From IMG/VR virus record IMGVR_UViG_3300025718_000029, positions 1-26,351 of that record: DNA of 26,351 nt, one strand, 5' to 3'. Each line of letters opens with the position of its first letter. The first letter of the stretch is position 1. Both the position numbers and the translations under genes were made by a program. Source of the DNA: a virus (lineage: Duplodnaviria; Caudoviricetes). The notes beneath the pieces were generated by a model that saw only the letters and a program-made list of their open reading frames with translations, ran no database searches and had not been told where the DNA came from. This document shows, piece by piece, positions 1 to 8,809 of the stretch.

Positions 1-14
1 CTTCTTATAATCAT
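1..14 (-). CDS. 5' start of the next structural gene (probably tail completion protein), truncated by the window edge
   Basis: ATGA overlap with the gp10 stop gives ATG ATT ATA AGA. Product inferred from gene order only. Confidence 0.35.
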
Positions 15-382
15 GATTTCACCGCATCCTCTACGCCTTTAAGCAAGCGCGGTTTCTCGTCCTCGAAGCTTGGCCTCATGGAAGGATATTCTTTAGCAGG
101 ATGTGGTCCACCATGCCCAAACTCCAATAGATGGGCTATTGATGATTTAACCCTAACAGTTCCCATGCATTTTTCAGCATCGAAATCCATCGTTGTTTTT
201 GACACCGTTTTACCTGTACGCTTACGCATACGGCGAATTGTACCTGCTAGTATCGCCTGTGTCGATCCCCTAACGACCGTTTGCATTTTTTTTTGAATCG
301 ACTCGTCATATGTGCTGAATTTTTTGAGTGTGTTTTTAAGTTCGGGCATTGATGTGTTAATAGAAAATCCACGCCCTGCCAT
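11..382 (-). CDS. HK97 gp10-like neck/tail-completion protein
   Basis: Motifs RTG, AHLLEFGH and YPSMRPSF typical of the HK97-gp10 family; follows the head-tail adaptor. Confidence 0.85.
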   Translation of the reverse strand: MAGRGFSINTSMPELKNTLKKFSTYDESIQKKMQTVVRGSTQAILAGTIRRMRKRTGKTVSKTTMDFDAEKCMGTVRVKSSIAHLLEFGHGGPHPAKEYPSMRPSFEDEKPRLLKGVEDAVKS

Positions 383-708
383 TACTTAACCACTTCCTTA
401 ACCACCATTACAGTCTCACTTCTGGCGATATGATACACATGGTCAACCGCCATTGTATTAGTCCCATACACGATACGCCAGCCTTTCATAGCCTCGCTGT
501 TAAACCTAATCTTTATTTCCTTTAACGCTACGCTAGATACTGCCCCGGCTACCTCTGTTGTGGTGAATTTAGGGATTTTAAACTCTGCCCAAACTGTCAC
601 AGCATCTACAAATTTATTAGTACCTGCTGGTTTCCATCCACCTGAACCGTCTGGTATCATCATAGGTTTTTGTAAGGTTATTCTCTTGTCCATTTTGCCG
701 ATAATCAT
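382..708 (-). CDS. Phage head closure / head-tail adaptor (SPP1 gp16-like)
   Basis: MxIGKMDKRITLQ...DGSGG...TVWA...IR...WRI pattern; 108 aa; gene position. Confidence 0.88.
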   Translation of the reverse strand: MIIGKMDKRITLQKPMMIPDGSGGWKPAGTNKFVDAVTVWAEFKIPKFTTTEVAGAVSSVALKEIKIRFNSEAMKGWRIVYGTNTMAVDHVYHIARSETVMVVKEVVK

Positions 709-721
709 ATATAATCACCAC

Positions 722-1810
722 CTAAACAGCCGTAAGATTAAACTTATAGCGAGTTGTTCCAAGTGTAATATACGCATCAGTACCATCATTTTCGATTGTA
801 CCACCAAGCATTCCAGCAGCTACGGCGGCATTTGGCAACAACGTTGACGCACGTATTCTGATTGGTGCCATTGTTAGCGGCTGCGCTCCAATTCCACCAT
901 TAAGAGTAGCAACTCCACCTACGCCAGATGATCCGTATTCAATTGCTACGAACGCAAAACCACCAGCACCCGTAAACGCCGGGCTTGCAGTGGTTGTTGC
1001 CAGAACGCTAGATAATACAGACACGCCTGATGAGTTGGTTACCATTACAGGGACAGTGCCAGTCGTAAGTGCCATTAATGTACATAAATACGTGGCGGTA
1101 TTAGACACAACTACCTGCCCAATAACTTGGTCCGAGGTATGGATAAATGATACTGCGCCACCTATCGCCAACGCTATATTGTCAGGGTTGTTTAATATAT
1201 AACTAGCCCTATTGGCAAGCATTGTACCCTTTGCAGTTGACGCGCTATAAAAACACCTTGCGCTTGCTCCGCTTGTCGCGACTGTGCTTGATCCATCATC
1301 AAAAGCTATTTTGCTTGCCACATTTGTATTTGTCCAGTTTATCCCATCACCAGTGCCGGAATTAATACTGCAATTTGCAAATTGTAAATTTTGGATACCA
1401 GTCCCGGCGAATGAAATAGTATTGCCTGTCGCTGATCCAAAAACAATATTTTCGTTAACCACTGTGCCTGTGAAATTAGCAACATGGTTACCTGTGGCAT
1501 ATACTGAATACTTGGCAGGAGATGTAAGGTAAACGCCAGCCTTAAAAGTGATATTTTCAGTATACGTTCCAGGCCACGCAAGAATAGTAGTTCCTGACGT
1601 TGCCGTCGTCATTGCCGCGCTAATGGTTTTAAAAGGCAGATTTGCGCTACCATCAGCCGTTATATCGTCGCCATTTTTACCAACATATAAATAGTTGGCT
1701 GGTTTAACTGCGCCGCTCATTCCTGTAAATAGATCCGCTATATTCACAGTGCTACCGTCCTCTCGTAACATTCTCCCTGTACGCGGGCTAAAATTATTAA
1801 TATTAGACAA
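722..1810 (-). CDS. Putative neck/head fibre with pectin-lyase-like beta-helix
   Basis: YLYVGKNGDD..DGS..PFKTISAA...GTTI..PGTYTE is the typical beta-helix N-cap (DUF1565-like). Body is G/T/S/N/A-rich. TTG start with SD AAAGGAG. Confidence 0.65.
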   Translation of the reverse strand: MSNINNFSPRTGRMLREDGSTVNIADLFTGMSGAVKPANYLYVGKNGDDITADGSANLPFKTISAAMTTATSGTTILAWPGTYTENITFKAGVYLTSPAKYSVYATGNHVANFTGTVVNENIVFGSATGNTISFAGTGIQNLQFANCSINSGTGDGINWTNTNVASKIAFDDGSSTVATSGASARCFYSASTAKGTMLANRASYILNNPDNIALAIGGAVSFIHTSDQVIGQVVVSNTATYLCTLMALTTGTVPVMVTNSSGVSVLSSVLATTTASPAFTGAGGFAFVAIEYGSSGVGGVATLNGGIGAQPLTMAPIRIRASTLLPNAAVAAGMLGGTIENDGTDAYITLGTTRYKFNLTAV

Positions 1811-1825
1811 ATTATCATCTCCTTT

Positions 1826-2101
1826 CTAGCTCTTACTTAACTGAGTAATCAACGAATTGTACGTAACGCCAATACTATCAACTCTACTATTAACGTTAAG
1901 CAGTGTAGGATTTTCTAATAATATCCCACAGAATATACTAACAACAGTTTTATATAATCCATTGTCGTATGTTTGCTTAACACCGGCGTTTAATAAATAA
2001 ATCTCGGCGGCAGATTGATACCCAGTCAAAACTACATCAAGATCATTGCCGTCAACTTTTAAAAACTGTTTTAGTTCATCTAAGTCAATTTTAAACACCA
2101 C
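1826..2101 (-). CDS. Head-tail connector (HK97 gp6/SPP1 gp15-like)
   Basis: DLDELKQFLKVDGND.D..L.....AAE.YL.NAG...SLITQL pattern. The true start may be ATT at 2089 (see findings). Confidence 0.88.
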   Translation of the reverse strand: MVFKIDLDELKQFLKVDGNDLDVVLTGYQSAAEIYLLNAGVKQTYDNGLYKTVVSIFCGILLENPTLLNVNSRVDSIGVTYNSLITQLSKS

Positions 2102-2103
2102 CT

Positions 2104-2140
2104 AAAAAAATATTGGAGCTAATAATTAAATCAGCTCCAA
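2104..2140 (-). terminator. Intrinsic terminator after the capsid and decoration-like genes
   Basis: Minus strand UUGGAGCUGAU-UUAAUU-AUUAGCUCCAA followed by UAUUUUUUU. Confidence 0.8.
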
Positions 2141-2146
2141 CCATTA

Positions 2147-3118
2147 TTAAACTAACAGATATGCATCTACAATCGATCCATTTAGCGCAGTAGCCAACGT
2201 TATTGTATTGCTCTCAATTGCCGTAGAAGATACTGCAATAGTCGGTGCCACCGCTTCAATGGCATTGCCCAAATAAGCATTTAACACAGTATTATGCGTC
2301 AACTTGTACGGGAATCCTAATTTTACACCCCATCCGATACTAGTCGTAGCTCCAACATCGTCATGGGAAGGGATTGTAACGCTGGTCACGGTCTTAAATG
2401 CTTTCGATCCTACGACAGTCGTTTTTTGGTTAACGGTAAAAATTGGCAATGTTTCGGTAATTACATCATCGTCGTAATTGGTACCAGTGATGATTACTTG
2501 CACTGCCTTAACATCTCCAGCCGTACCGTCTGTGCTGGCCGTAACATTACGCGGATAAGTTGGGCTAGTAATTCCGGTAATCAAGACATCATTTGCGGCA
2601 GTTTGTCCACCAGCAAACAGTACTGCCGCTATTTCTCCTGTGGCCACTGCCGCAGTATTCCAGTTACCACCAGCTACGCAGACTGCTAGTGCTACACTAA
2701 CACCTCCGACAGTAGTTAATCCCCTGATGGCCGCTTGTATTAATGTTGCGGTATTACTCGCGGCAGTTGTTTTAGCAAGCGCAATGTTAATAGTGGCCGT
2801 TTCATCATCTTTTGTTACTGCCAGTGCATCACTCGCACTAGTTGTTAGCAATATACTTAAGTCGTTACCAGTTGCGCCTGTAGCGAGTGGTAACGTCGTG
2901 GTCAATATATCAGTGACAGCCGTGGCCGCCGCCACAACAGCGACTGCCGCCACTTGTGGGGTCGTGCAAGCAAACGCGGCGTGTACCCCAACCGCACTAG
3001 ATGCTACGGCAAGAGTAGCGGGTACTTGAAAATGAGCGACAAAAGCGCGGTCACATGCCACGCTTTTCACATCAGTCTGCAGTCTTTGACCAACTGGGCT
3101 AAATGGGTAAATTCTCAT
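2147..3118 (-). CDS. Putative capsid decoration/accessory structural protein
   Basis: Directly downstream of the capsid gene and before a terminator. Ala/Thr/Val-rich beta protein with PRNVTA..., V.ITGT...ITE and GSKAFKTVTSV motifs. Confidence 0.6.
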   Translation of the reverse strand: MRIYPFSPVGQRLQTDVKSVACDRAFVAHFQVPATLAVASSAVGVHAAFACTTPQVAAVAVVAAATAVTDILTTTLPLATGATGNDLSILLTTSASDALAVTKDDETATINIALAKTTAASNTATLIQAAIRGLTTVGGVSVALAVCVAGGNWNTAAVATGEIAAVLFAGGQTAANDVLITGITSPTYPRNVTASTDGTAGDVKAVQVIITGTNYDDDVITETLPIFTVNQKTTVVGSKAFKTVTSVTIPSHDDVGATTSIGWGVKLGFPYKLTHNTVLNAYLGNAIEAVAPTIAVSSTAIESNTITLATALNGSIVDAYLLV

Positions 3119-3139
3119 CTATTTATTCATCCCCTCGTA

Positions 3140-4423
3140 CTATGATTTTTTAATTCTGGTAAATCCTTTATAAGATGCTACGTTACCACCGACCCAGATG
3201 CTGCCACGAAATGCAATTTGCCCAGTACGGAATTTATAATCACGGGATTCCTCAACTACCATTTGCGAGAAAATAGGCATTTCGTATACGGCGGGGGATC
3301 CATAAGCCATGCAATATGTCGCTGATGCTGTTGCAGTTGCGGTTAATGCAGGGCAGATGCTATTGATTACAAATTTAACGGCATAACTACCATCAGACGA
3401 TATTGTTCCAACGTTGCCATTCAGAGTGATTGAGTAGAGTTTTTTACCATCAGAGCTACGAATACTTGCAAATGCCGCTAAATCTGCTTTGCTTAATATT
3501 AGATATTGTCCGCTTTCAACATCCTCATCGCCACCATAGCTGAATACGATTTGATCAAGAGTGTCAGCATCGATATCGGCAATAGAAATGTCTGACGCGG
3601 TTGGAATAACGTTAACAGGGGCATTGAAAATACCCGTTATGGCGTTAGATCCACCAGCACCAGCAATAATTTGTTTGGAAATTTTCTTACGCAATGCGAT
3701 GGAAATATTACGAGCAACAAGTGACTGATAATCAACATTTGGCAACTTCATCGATTCATCAGACAGTTCCGTATAGGCCGTAATTTTAGATTTTACAATT
3801 GAAACATAATCGAACACAGGATCAGTTTCTGTGTAGTTAGCTGTTTCAGCAGTGTAGTCGCCCTCGCCAAAACTTACTACAAATCCCTTTTCGTATGATT
3901 CTCCACCATTTAAAGGTACTGAATTAACAACGTCAATGATAGACGATACTTGGGAAAAAGGACCATTAAGAGTATTGCTATAATTGGTTGGTACTACCAA
4001 TGTTCCACCACCAATAGTAACAGCTCGGAATTCTGGCAATTCATTAATATCAAAAATAACGGAACGTTTTACTTTTAGGTCCGCACCGCGTTTTTCATAT
4101 TTTTGTTTTAATTCTGCACGTTGCTCTTTTCCTTCCGACTTGTTTTCGGAACCAATACCATATGTTCCTAAAATTTCAGCAGAGCCGACAACACTGCCAG
4201 CGGTTCGATTCTCTAATGACCGACCAACAGGCGGTTGATCGATAGCTGGCTCTTTAACTCCATCAATCACACTGCGTAGTTCGGCAATTTCACTATTCAA
4301 ACCTGTAATTTGAGTATTAATACCTCTAAGTTCAGTTACATCTACGCTTGATTCGGACTTAGCCACCAATGCTGTGCGAGCTTCTTCTTTTGCTTTGAGA
4401 ATTGCCAATAGTTTTGTTTTCAA
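3140..4423 (-). CDS. Major capsid protein, HK97 fold with N-terminal delta domain
   Basis: N-terminal coiled coil, GGTLVVP and HK97-like C-terminus; follows the protease. TTG at 4423 has SD GGAGG 8 nt upstream (ORF track start 4438). Confidence 0.95.
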   Translation of the reverse strand: MKTKLLAILKAKEEARTALVAKSESSVDVTELRGINTQITGLNSEIAELRSVIDGVKEPAIDQPPVGRSLENRTAGSVVGSAEILGTYGIGSENKSEGKEQRAELKQKYEKRGADLKVKRSVIFDINELPEFRAVTIGGGTLVVPTNYSNTLNGPFSQVSSIIDVVNSVPLNGGESYEKGFVVSFGEGDYTAETANYTETDPVFDYVSIVKSKITAYTELSDESMKLPNVDYQSLVARNISIALRKKISKQIIAGAGGSNAITGIFNAPVNVIPTASDISIADIDADTLDQIVFSYGGDEDVESGQYLILSKADLAAFASIRSSDGKKLYSITLNGNVGTISSDGSYAVKFVINSICPALTATATASATYCMAYGSPAVYEMPIFSQMVVEESRDYKFRTGQIAFRGSIWVGGNVASYKGFTRIKKS

Positions 4424-4424
4424 T

Positions 4425-5072
4425 TTATATTCCTCCAATAATTTTATTTTTTAATTTATATATATCTAGCTCTTTGGCGTTATCCAACCCCTGCGACCTA
4501 ACATTATCCAATGCTAGTTTGGCATTATCCAATGCCGATTTGTCGCGAGCATTAATATCAGTCCCTAAATACGCCGGGAAATTAACAGCTGATACCTCAA
4601 CCACTTTTGCAACTTTAATAATGTGCCGTGTCGGCATATCCGTATCAAGATCATCCCAACGTTCTTCGGCTACATAAAATATATAACTCATCCCGTTTAT
4701 ATCTTCGCGTTTTACCGCTGAATATAAACTCTTTGATTCAGAGTTATTAACAATATCTAAATTAGCCCTTACGAATATTCCTTGCTGATCTAGGCTAATC
4801 TGAAGAGTTGAGTTGCTATTATTCCTTCTGCTCCTAGCAAGAGGGATTTCACATATATCGTGATTTGCGGTAAATAACACATCATCAAAATTACACCCGT
4901 CGAATGCTCCTCTCTCAATCACTTCATAAAACCAATCGCCAATAGTTGTTCTTTGGTCATATACGGCGGCATGCCCTTCGATTATGCCGTCTTCGCTGAC
5001 TGCTCTAATATCAGGCATAGAAAAGCTTCTAATTACTTTTTCTTCTTTCCCTGGAAGTTTATTTTTAGCCAT
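4425..5072 (-). CDS. HK97-family prohead protease
   Basis: IEGHAAVYD, FYEVIERGAF, NHD, MSY.F and EVSAVNFPAY motifs. Confidence 0.95.
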   Translation of the reverse strand: MAKNKLPGKEEKVIRSFSMPDIRAVSEDGIIEGHAAVYDQRTTIGDWFYEVIERGAFDGCNFDDVLFTANHDICEIPLARSRRNNSNSTLQISLDQQGIFVRANLDIVNNSESKSLYSAVKREDINGMSYIFYVAEERWDDLDTDMPTRHIIKVAKVVEVSAVNFPAYLGTDINARDKSALDNAKLALDNVRSQGLDNAKELDIYKLKNKIIGGI

Positions 5073-6321
5073 TCGTGTTTGGACCTCCTTGATTATTTTT
5101 AGTACCAGCTTTCTTTAGCTGGTACTCATCTGATATCTCAGTCGATATGTAGTTAAGCGATATTGTGCGCCTTGATCCACTACCATCAAGTAACGGCGAG
5201 TAACCAAGAATATTTAGTTTTTGATCATCAGTCAATAGCCCTTGAGCCCCTGCAACTTCGAGCAGTTTTAATTTACTAGCCGTGCTGAGGTACATCATGT
5301 CGCGCTGGTAAAAGACAATCTCATTACCAACATCAAGTTCACGTTGCGTAAATATCGTACTGGAAAATGCTTGTCCAAGACTAATAAGTATAACTTCTAA
5401 CGTTTTCTCATACCACGCCTGGTATTCTTCATCGTTAAATGATCCTGATAATATTTTAATCGGCACCCCGTACCAATTCAGTATTTTATCCTGTATAAAT
5501 GCCATAACATCTTTATCAACGAACTTAGGGTCTGTATTTAACGGGACATACTCACCTTTTAAATCCTGCGTTAAAATACCGCTTTCGCTATTACTCATAG
5601 CGGTTTCAAATCGTTTGCGTTCGGCAACTTGTTTATCATCGTCGAGCATTGTAGCTATTTTTAAGATGCCACGTATTGATAGGCTAGTTTTAATGGCCTT
5701 GCCTAGCCCATCAGTGATAGTGTCGTTGATGGCCAACACTTTTAATAGAGCAGCATTGTCAGGCTGTCCGTTAACGCCGCCACCCATAATATTGTTAACG
5801 GAAAACTTTTTCCGCAAATGAATAACATCAGAATAGGCAAGTGTAAAATTACTACCACCAGTGAAATCCATTTTTACAAACATTTTACCCATTGAATCTT
5901 GCAAAAATGTTACTGTAGTTGGATTAAGCGGATAAAACGCCGTATAATCTCTAGTCGTATTCCCCCGGGAATCTGTCACTAAGTCAAATGTCGGATAAAT
6001 AAAACAGTTGTAATTCATATACAATTGCCAAATTATTTTCTCTAAAAAATCCCTTGTTGTCATAATTGGATTAGGAGAAAATTTAAACAGCCTGTTTAGG
6101 CTGTCTGTTGGCACTGTTTGTATTCCCTTGCTGTCTGTGCGGATATGGCGCGGCTGTAACTTAGATATTTCAGTAGCTATACAATCAATCGCCATTTGCA
6201 CGATATCGGAAGAATAAATATTATTCCCAAACTGCGAAAATATAGGGTAATTGCCATCTATCATTTTCGCATAAGTAAGCCCGCTATTTGATTTACTATT
6301 TACTATGCTACTTAATAACAT
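5065..6321 (-). CDS. HK97-family portal protein
   Basis: AIDCIATEISKL, PNPIMT..DF, DVIHLR and YGVP motifs; 418 aa; lies between TerL and the protease. Confidence 0.95.
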   Translation of the reverse strand: MLLSSIVNSKSNSGLTYAKMIDGNYPIFSQFGNNIYSSDIVQMAIDCIATEISKLQPRHIRTDSKGIQTVPTDSLNRLFKFSPNPIMTTRDFLEKIIWQLYMNYNCFIYPTFDLVTDSRGNTTRDYTAFYPLNPTTVTFLQDSMGKMFVKMDFTGGSNFTLAYSDVIHLRKKFSVNNIMGGGVNGQPDNAALLKVLAINDTITDGLGKAIKTSLSIRGILKIATMLDDDKQVAERKRFETAMSNSESGILTQDLKGEYVPLNTDPKFVDKDVMAFIQDKILNWYGVPIKILSGSFNDEEYQAWYEKTLEVILISLGQAFSSTIFTQRELDVGNEIVFYQRDMMYLSTASKLKLLEVAGAQGLLTDDQKLNILGYSPLLDGSGSRRTISLNYISTEISDEYQLKKAGTKNNQGGPNTNG

Positions 6322-6507
6322 TTATTCACCGCCTCGCCGCTTTGCCAGCAATATAGCTATAATTACTAGTCCAATACCTATGACGATATCGCCCAGTGGG
6401 TTATATATTAAAAAACAACCCTTGGCGATAAATGCAATTCCTGTAATCAACGCTGCATCGTCTGTAAATTTCAATAATCCCCTGGCTAGTTTTAATATTT
6501 TTTTAAT
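6322..6507 (-). CDS. Small two-TM membrane protein between terL and portal (missing from ORF track)
   Basis: Manual translation (M)KKILKLARGLLKFTDDAALITGIAFIAKGCFLIYNPLGDIVIGIGLVIIAILLAKRRGGE*. SD GGAGG lies 8 nt before ATT 6507; alternative start TTG at 6474. The stop abuts the portal ATG. Confidence 0.75.
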   Translation of the reverse strand: MKKILKLARGLLKFTDDAALITGIAFIAKGCFLIYNPLGDIVIGIGLVIIAILLAKRRGGE

Positions 6508-6512
6508 GCCAA

Positions 6513-8300
6513 TTACCTCCCCTCAACCAGTTGTAAAAATTCTGACCGGTTATCAATATAAATACGGTAGCCAATGATTATAGTGACAGCCCCATCAATC
6601 TTTTTATTATCCTTGCCCTGCACTTTAGTCGGCATAATTTCAGCCTTATTATTTATAACAAGTGCGGTATTTTCAAGACAATGCCTATCAATTGGATTGT
6701 CATTGTAATTAATCAATTTGCTTTTTAGGTCAGCTTCAACTAACTTCATTGGATTTGACATACTACCAAAACTTTGATCTACACGCTTACATTCAAAGCC
6801 TAAGTCTTCCATTTCCTTAACCCAATAAATAGCACTCCACTTGTCATAGCCGACCTTGTACACTCTAATACCGTAGTCCTTATATATTTTTACAAACCAT
6901 GCAGTTATTAGGCTGAAATCATTTTCATTGCCAGGAGATATAGTGACTAATCCTTTTCTTATCCAATCAAGAAACATTTCCTTTTCATCTTTAGTTAAAT
7001 CATCAAGTTTAGATTCAGGAATAAAATATTGTTGGATTGTATATTTTTTATTACTGCCTTTTTTCATAATGATCGCTCTTGCAGATGCTAAATCGCCTGA
7101 CTTACTAAGGTCAACAGCACCAATAGCAAAACAACCTTTAAAATCATCCATGTTGAATGTTTCAAGGTTGTTTATATCGTCAGGCATGAGCCATGCTGAG
7201 GCGTTATTTTGTTTGAAGTTAAAGTCCTTTGACATGACAAATGCGCGAGTCGCTGAATTTGTTTTTGCTTCTTCGATCATTTCTCGGAGGAAGGACCATT
7301 TTTTTATAGCCCCAAGACCTGGGTTTGATTTAATCCAAGACTCTTCTGACTGCCAAATTTCTGTTTCTGAGTCTTGAGTATAAAGCCATATTAACCAACG
7401 CGGTCTTTCAAGTTCCCCGGACAATGTTTGCCTGGCTTCTTTAAGTCGTTGATCTAGATAACCATCATTAACAAACCCCTCAGTAGTTAATTCAAAGTAA
7501 ATTGGATTATTCTGAGTAGATAAAGCTTGTCGCATTGGCATAACAGCATCCGTGTTTTTTAGCTCGTGAATTTCATCGAACATACCAACACGAATATTCT
7601 TACCTTCCTTGGCTCCGGTCTTTGCAGATATCTTCAGTATGTTTCCCTTGTTGGCATAACTGAATTTACCTTTCATTTTCTTTTTAAGAGGATTGCCAAA
7701 AAATATCCCTTTAATATTTTTTCGCGTAACTTTTTCAAGTGCAGGACTTTGGTCGCGCATGTTATTTATTGCTTGAAAAGCAAGGTCAGCCTGTGTATAG
7801 TCATTGCTGCTGCAAAGTATTTTAGTCCCCATTTCTCCACAAAAAAATTCAGCTAAACATAAAGCTGAAATTAAAGGAGTTTTTCCGTTTTTTCTGGCGA
7901 CTAAAAATATAACCTCTTTGTATTTTCTAACCCACCCATAAGCGCAACTCAATTTATTATTATTTTTACTGCGATCATCATCAGTGTTCCGATCATATAC
8001 TTCCTTGTCATAAATCAAGAATATATATATTGCTTCGATAAACGCCTTTTGGAATAGTATCAACATAAAAGGCTTGCCAGCAAAAGGGGCTTCGGCATGC
8101 TTACATTTTTCCTCAATAAATTTAATACGTTTATTCGCTTCAGTAAAATCAATTATAATATCAGGATCGTTAAAATGTTCAATTAGTAGACCGAGCTGCT
8201 GGATTAGTTCGCGGCCGACTATGATATTGCCGTTTTTTATTTGACTATAATATTCCAACAAATTCGACTGCGGGTATTTAGCTATTAATTTAGTTAACAT
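6513..8300 (-). CDS. terL: Terminase large subunit (HK97-like, Terminase_1 type)
   Basis: Walker A ARKNGKT, Walker B GMFDEIH, LTTEG coupling motif, W.KSNP, and nuclease motifs GAVDLS..GD and KIDG. Confidence 0.97.
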   Translation of the reverse strand: MLTKLIAKYPQSNLLEYYSQIKNGNIIVGRELIQQLGLLIEHFNDPDIIIDFTEANKRIKFIEEKCKHAEAPFAGKPFMLILFQKAFIEAIYIFLIYDKEVYDRNTDDDRSKNNNKLSCAYGWVRKYKEVIFLVARKNGKTPLISALCLAEFFCGEMGTKILCSSNDYTQADLAFQAINNMRDQSPALEKVTRKNIKGIFFGNPLKKKMKGKFSYANKGNILKISAKTGAKEGKNIRVGMFDEIHELKNTDAVMPMRQALSTQNNPIYFELTTEGFVNDGYLDQRLKEARQTLSGELERPRWLIWLYTQDSETEIWQSEESWIKSNPGLGAIKKWSFLREMIEEAKTNSATRAFVMSKDFNFKQNNASAWLMPDDINNLETFNMDDFKGCFAIGAVDLSKSGDLASARAIIMKKGSNKKYTIQQYFIPESKLDDLTKDEKEMFLDWIRKGLVTISPGNENDFSLITAWFVKIYKDYGIRVYKVGYDKWSAIYWVKEMEDLGFECKRVDQSFGSMSNPMKLVEADLKSKLINYNDNPIDRHCLENTALVINNKAEIMPTKVQGKDNKKIDGAVTIIIGYRIYIDNRSEFLQLVEGR

Positions 8301-8355
8301 ACCGCAGCCCCCTTAATTTTTTAATGCCAACGCTTACGTATTGGGATCACCACCT

Positions 8356-8682
8356 TTAACTATACTCATCTAGTTCATCATCATCTTCAACTACATTCCT
8401 AACCCGTAATGCATTCAATTTATTAATTATGTTCGCGTAATTATCAGTCATACGGCTATATTCTTTCAATGCCGGTATTGCCCTATGCAATTCTTTATTT
8501 TTAGGATTAAATTCAATAACACCAGATACGTTAATAACCTGTTCTAGTTCCCAACATATCGCATGTACGTAGGCTGCTTTTGTAATCAACCCAGATACAG
8601 CCTTTTGTGTTTCTGGTGTGGTACTGGCAAATAATGTTGTCCACTTATCAAATTCTTCACGATATACGGATTGTTTGTCCAT
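8356..8682 (-). CDS. terS: Terminase small subunit (P27-like)
   Basis: 108-aa helical protein directly upstream of terL with G....NP......PA...Y motif and acidic tail. Confidence 0.7.
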   Translation of the reverse strand: MDKQSVYREEFDKWTTLFASTTPETQKAVSGLITKAAYVHAICWELEQVINVSGVIEFNPKNKELHRAIPALKEYSRMTDNYANIINKLNALRVRNVVEDDDELDEYS

Positions 8683-8744
8683 GTTTTAAAACACCTCGGA
8701 TATTTTCTAAAAATCTCAGGACATTTTCAAAAATTTTAATATGT

Positions 8745-8806
8745 GTGTAAATTTAGATTGATCATCGGTTCTCTACGGTCACCTAAATTTTAACACCCGG
8801 GGGGCC
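8745..8806. other. Candidate cos / packaging initiation region
   Basis: Non-coding gap between HNH and terS. Contains CCCGGGGGGCC (8796-8806) and inverted repeat AAATTTAG (8749-8756) / CTAAATTT (8783-8790) around a core with two CGGT. This is the usual location in HNH-terS cos phages; the exact cut site cannot be determined. Confidence 0.55.
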
Positions 8807-8809
8807 ATC

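Noticed and set aside
1339-1581. Nested minus-strand ORF in the fibre gene (similarly 17081-17332)
   Set aside because: Alternative-frame ORFs wholly inside better-supported genes, with no recognisable features.
3119-3152. Programmed frameshift fusing capsid to the downstream protein at ATT AAA AAA
   Set aside because: Both shifted frames hit stops (TGA, TAA) before the next gene, which is in frame 0. No canonical slippery heptamer.
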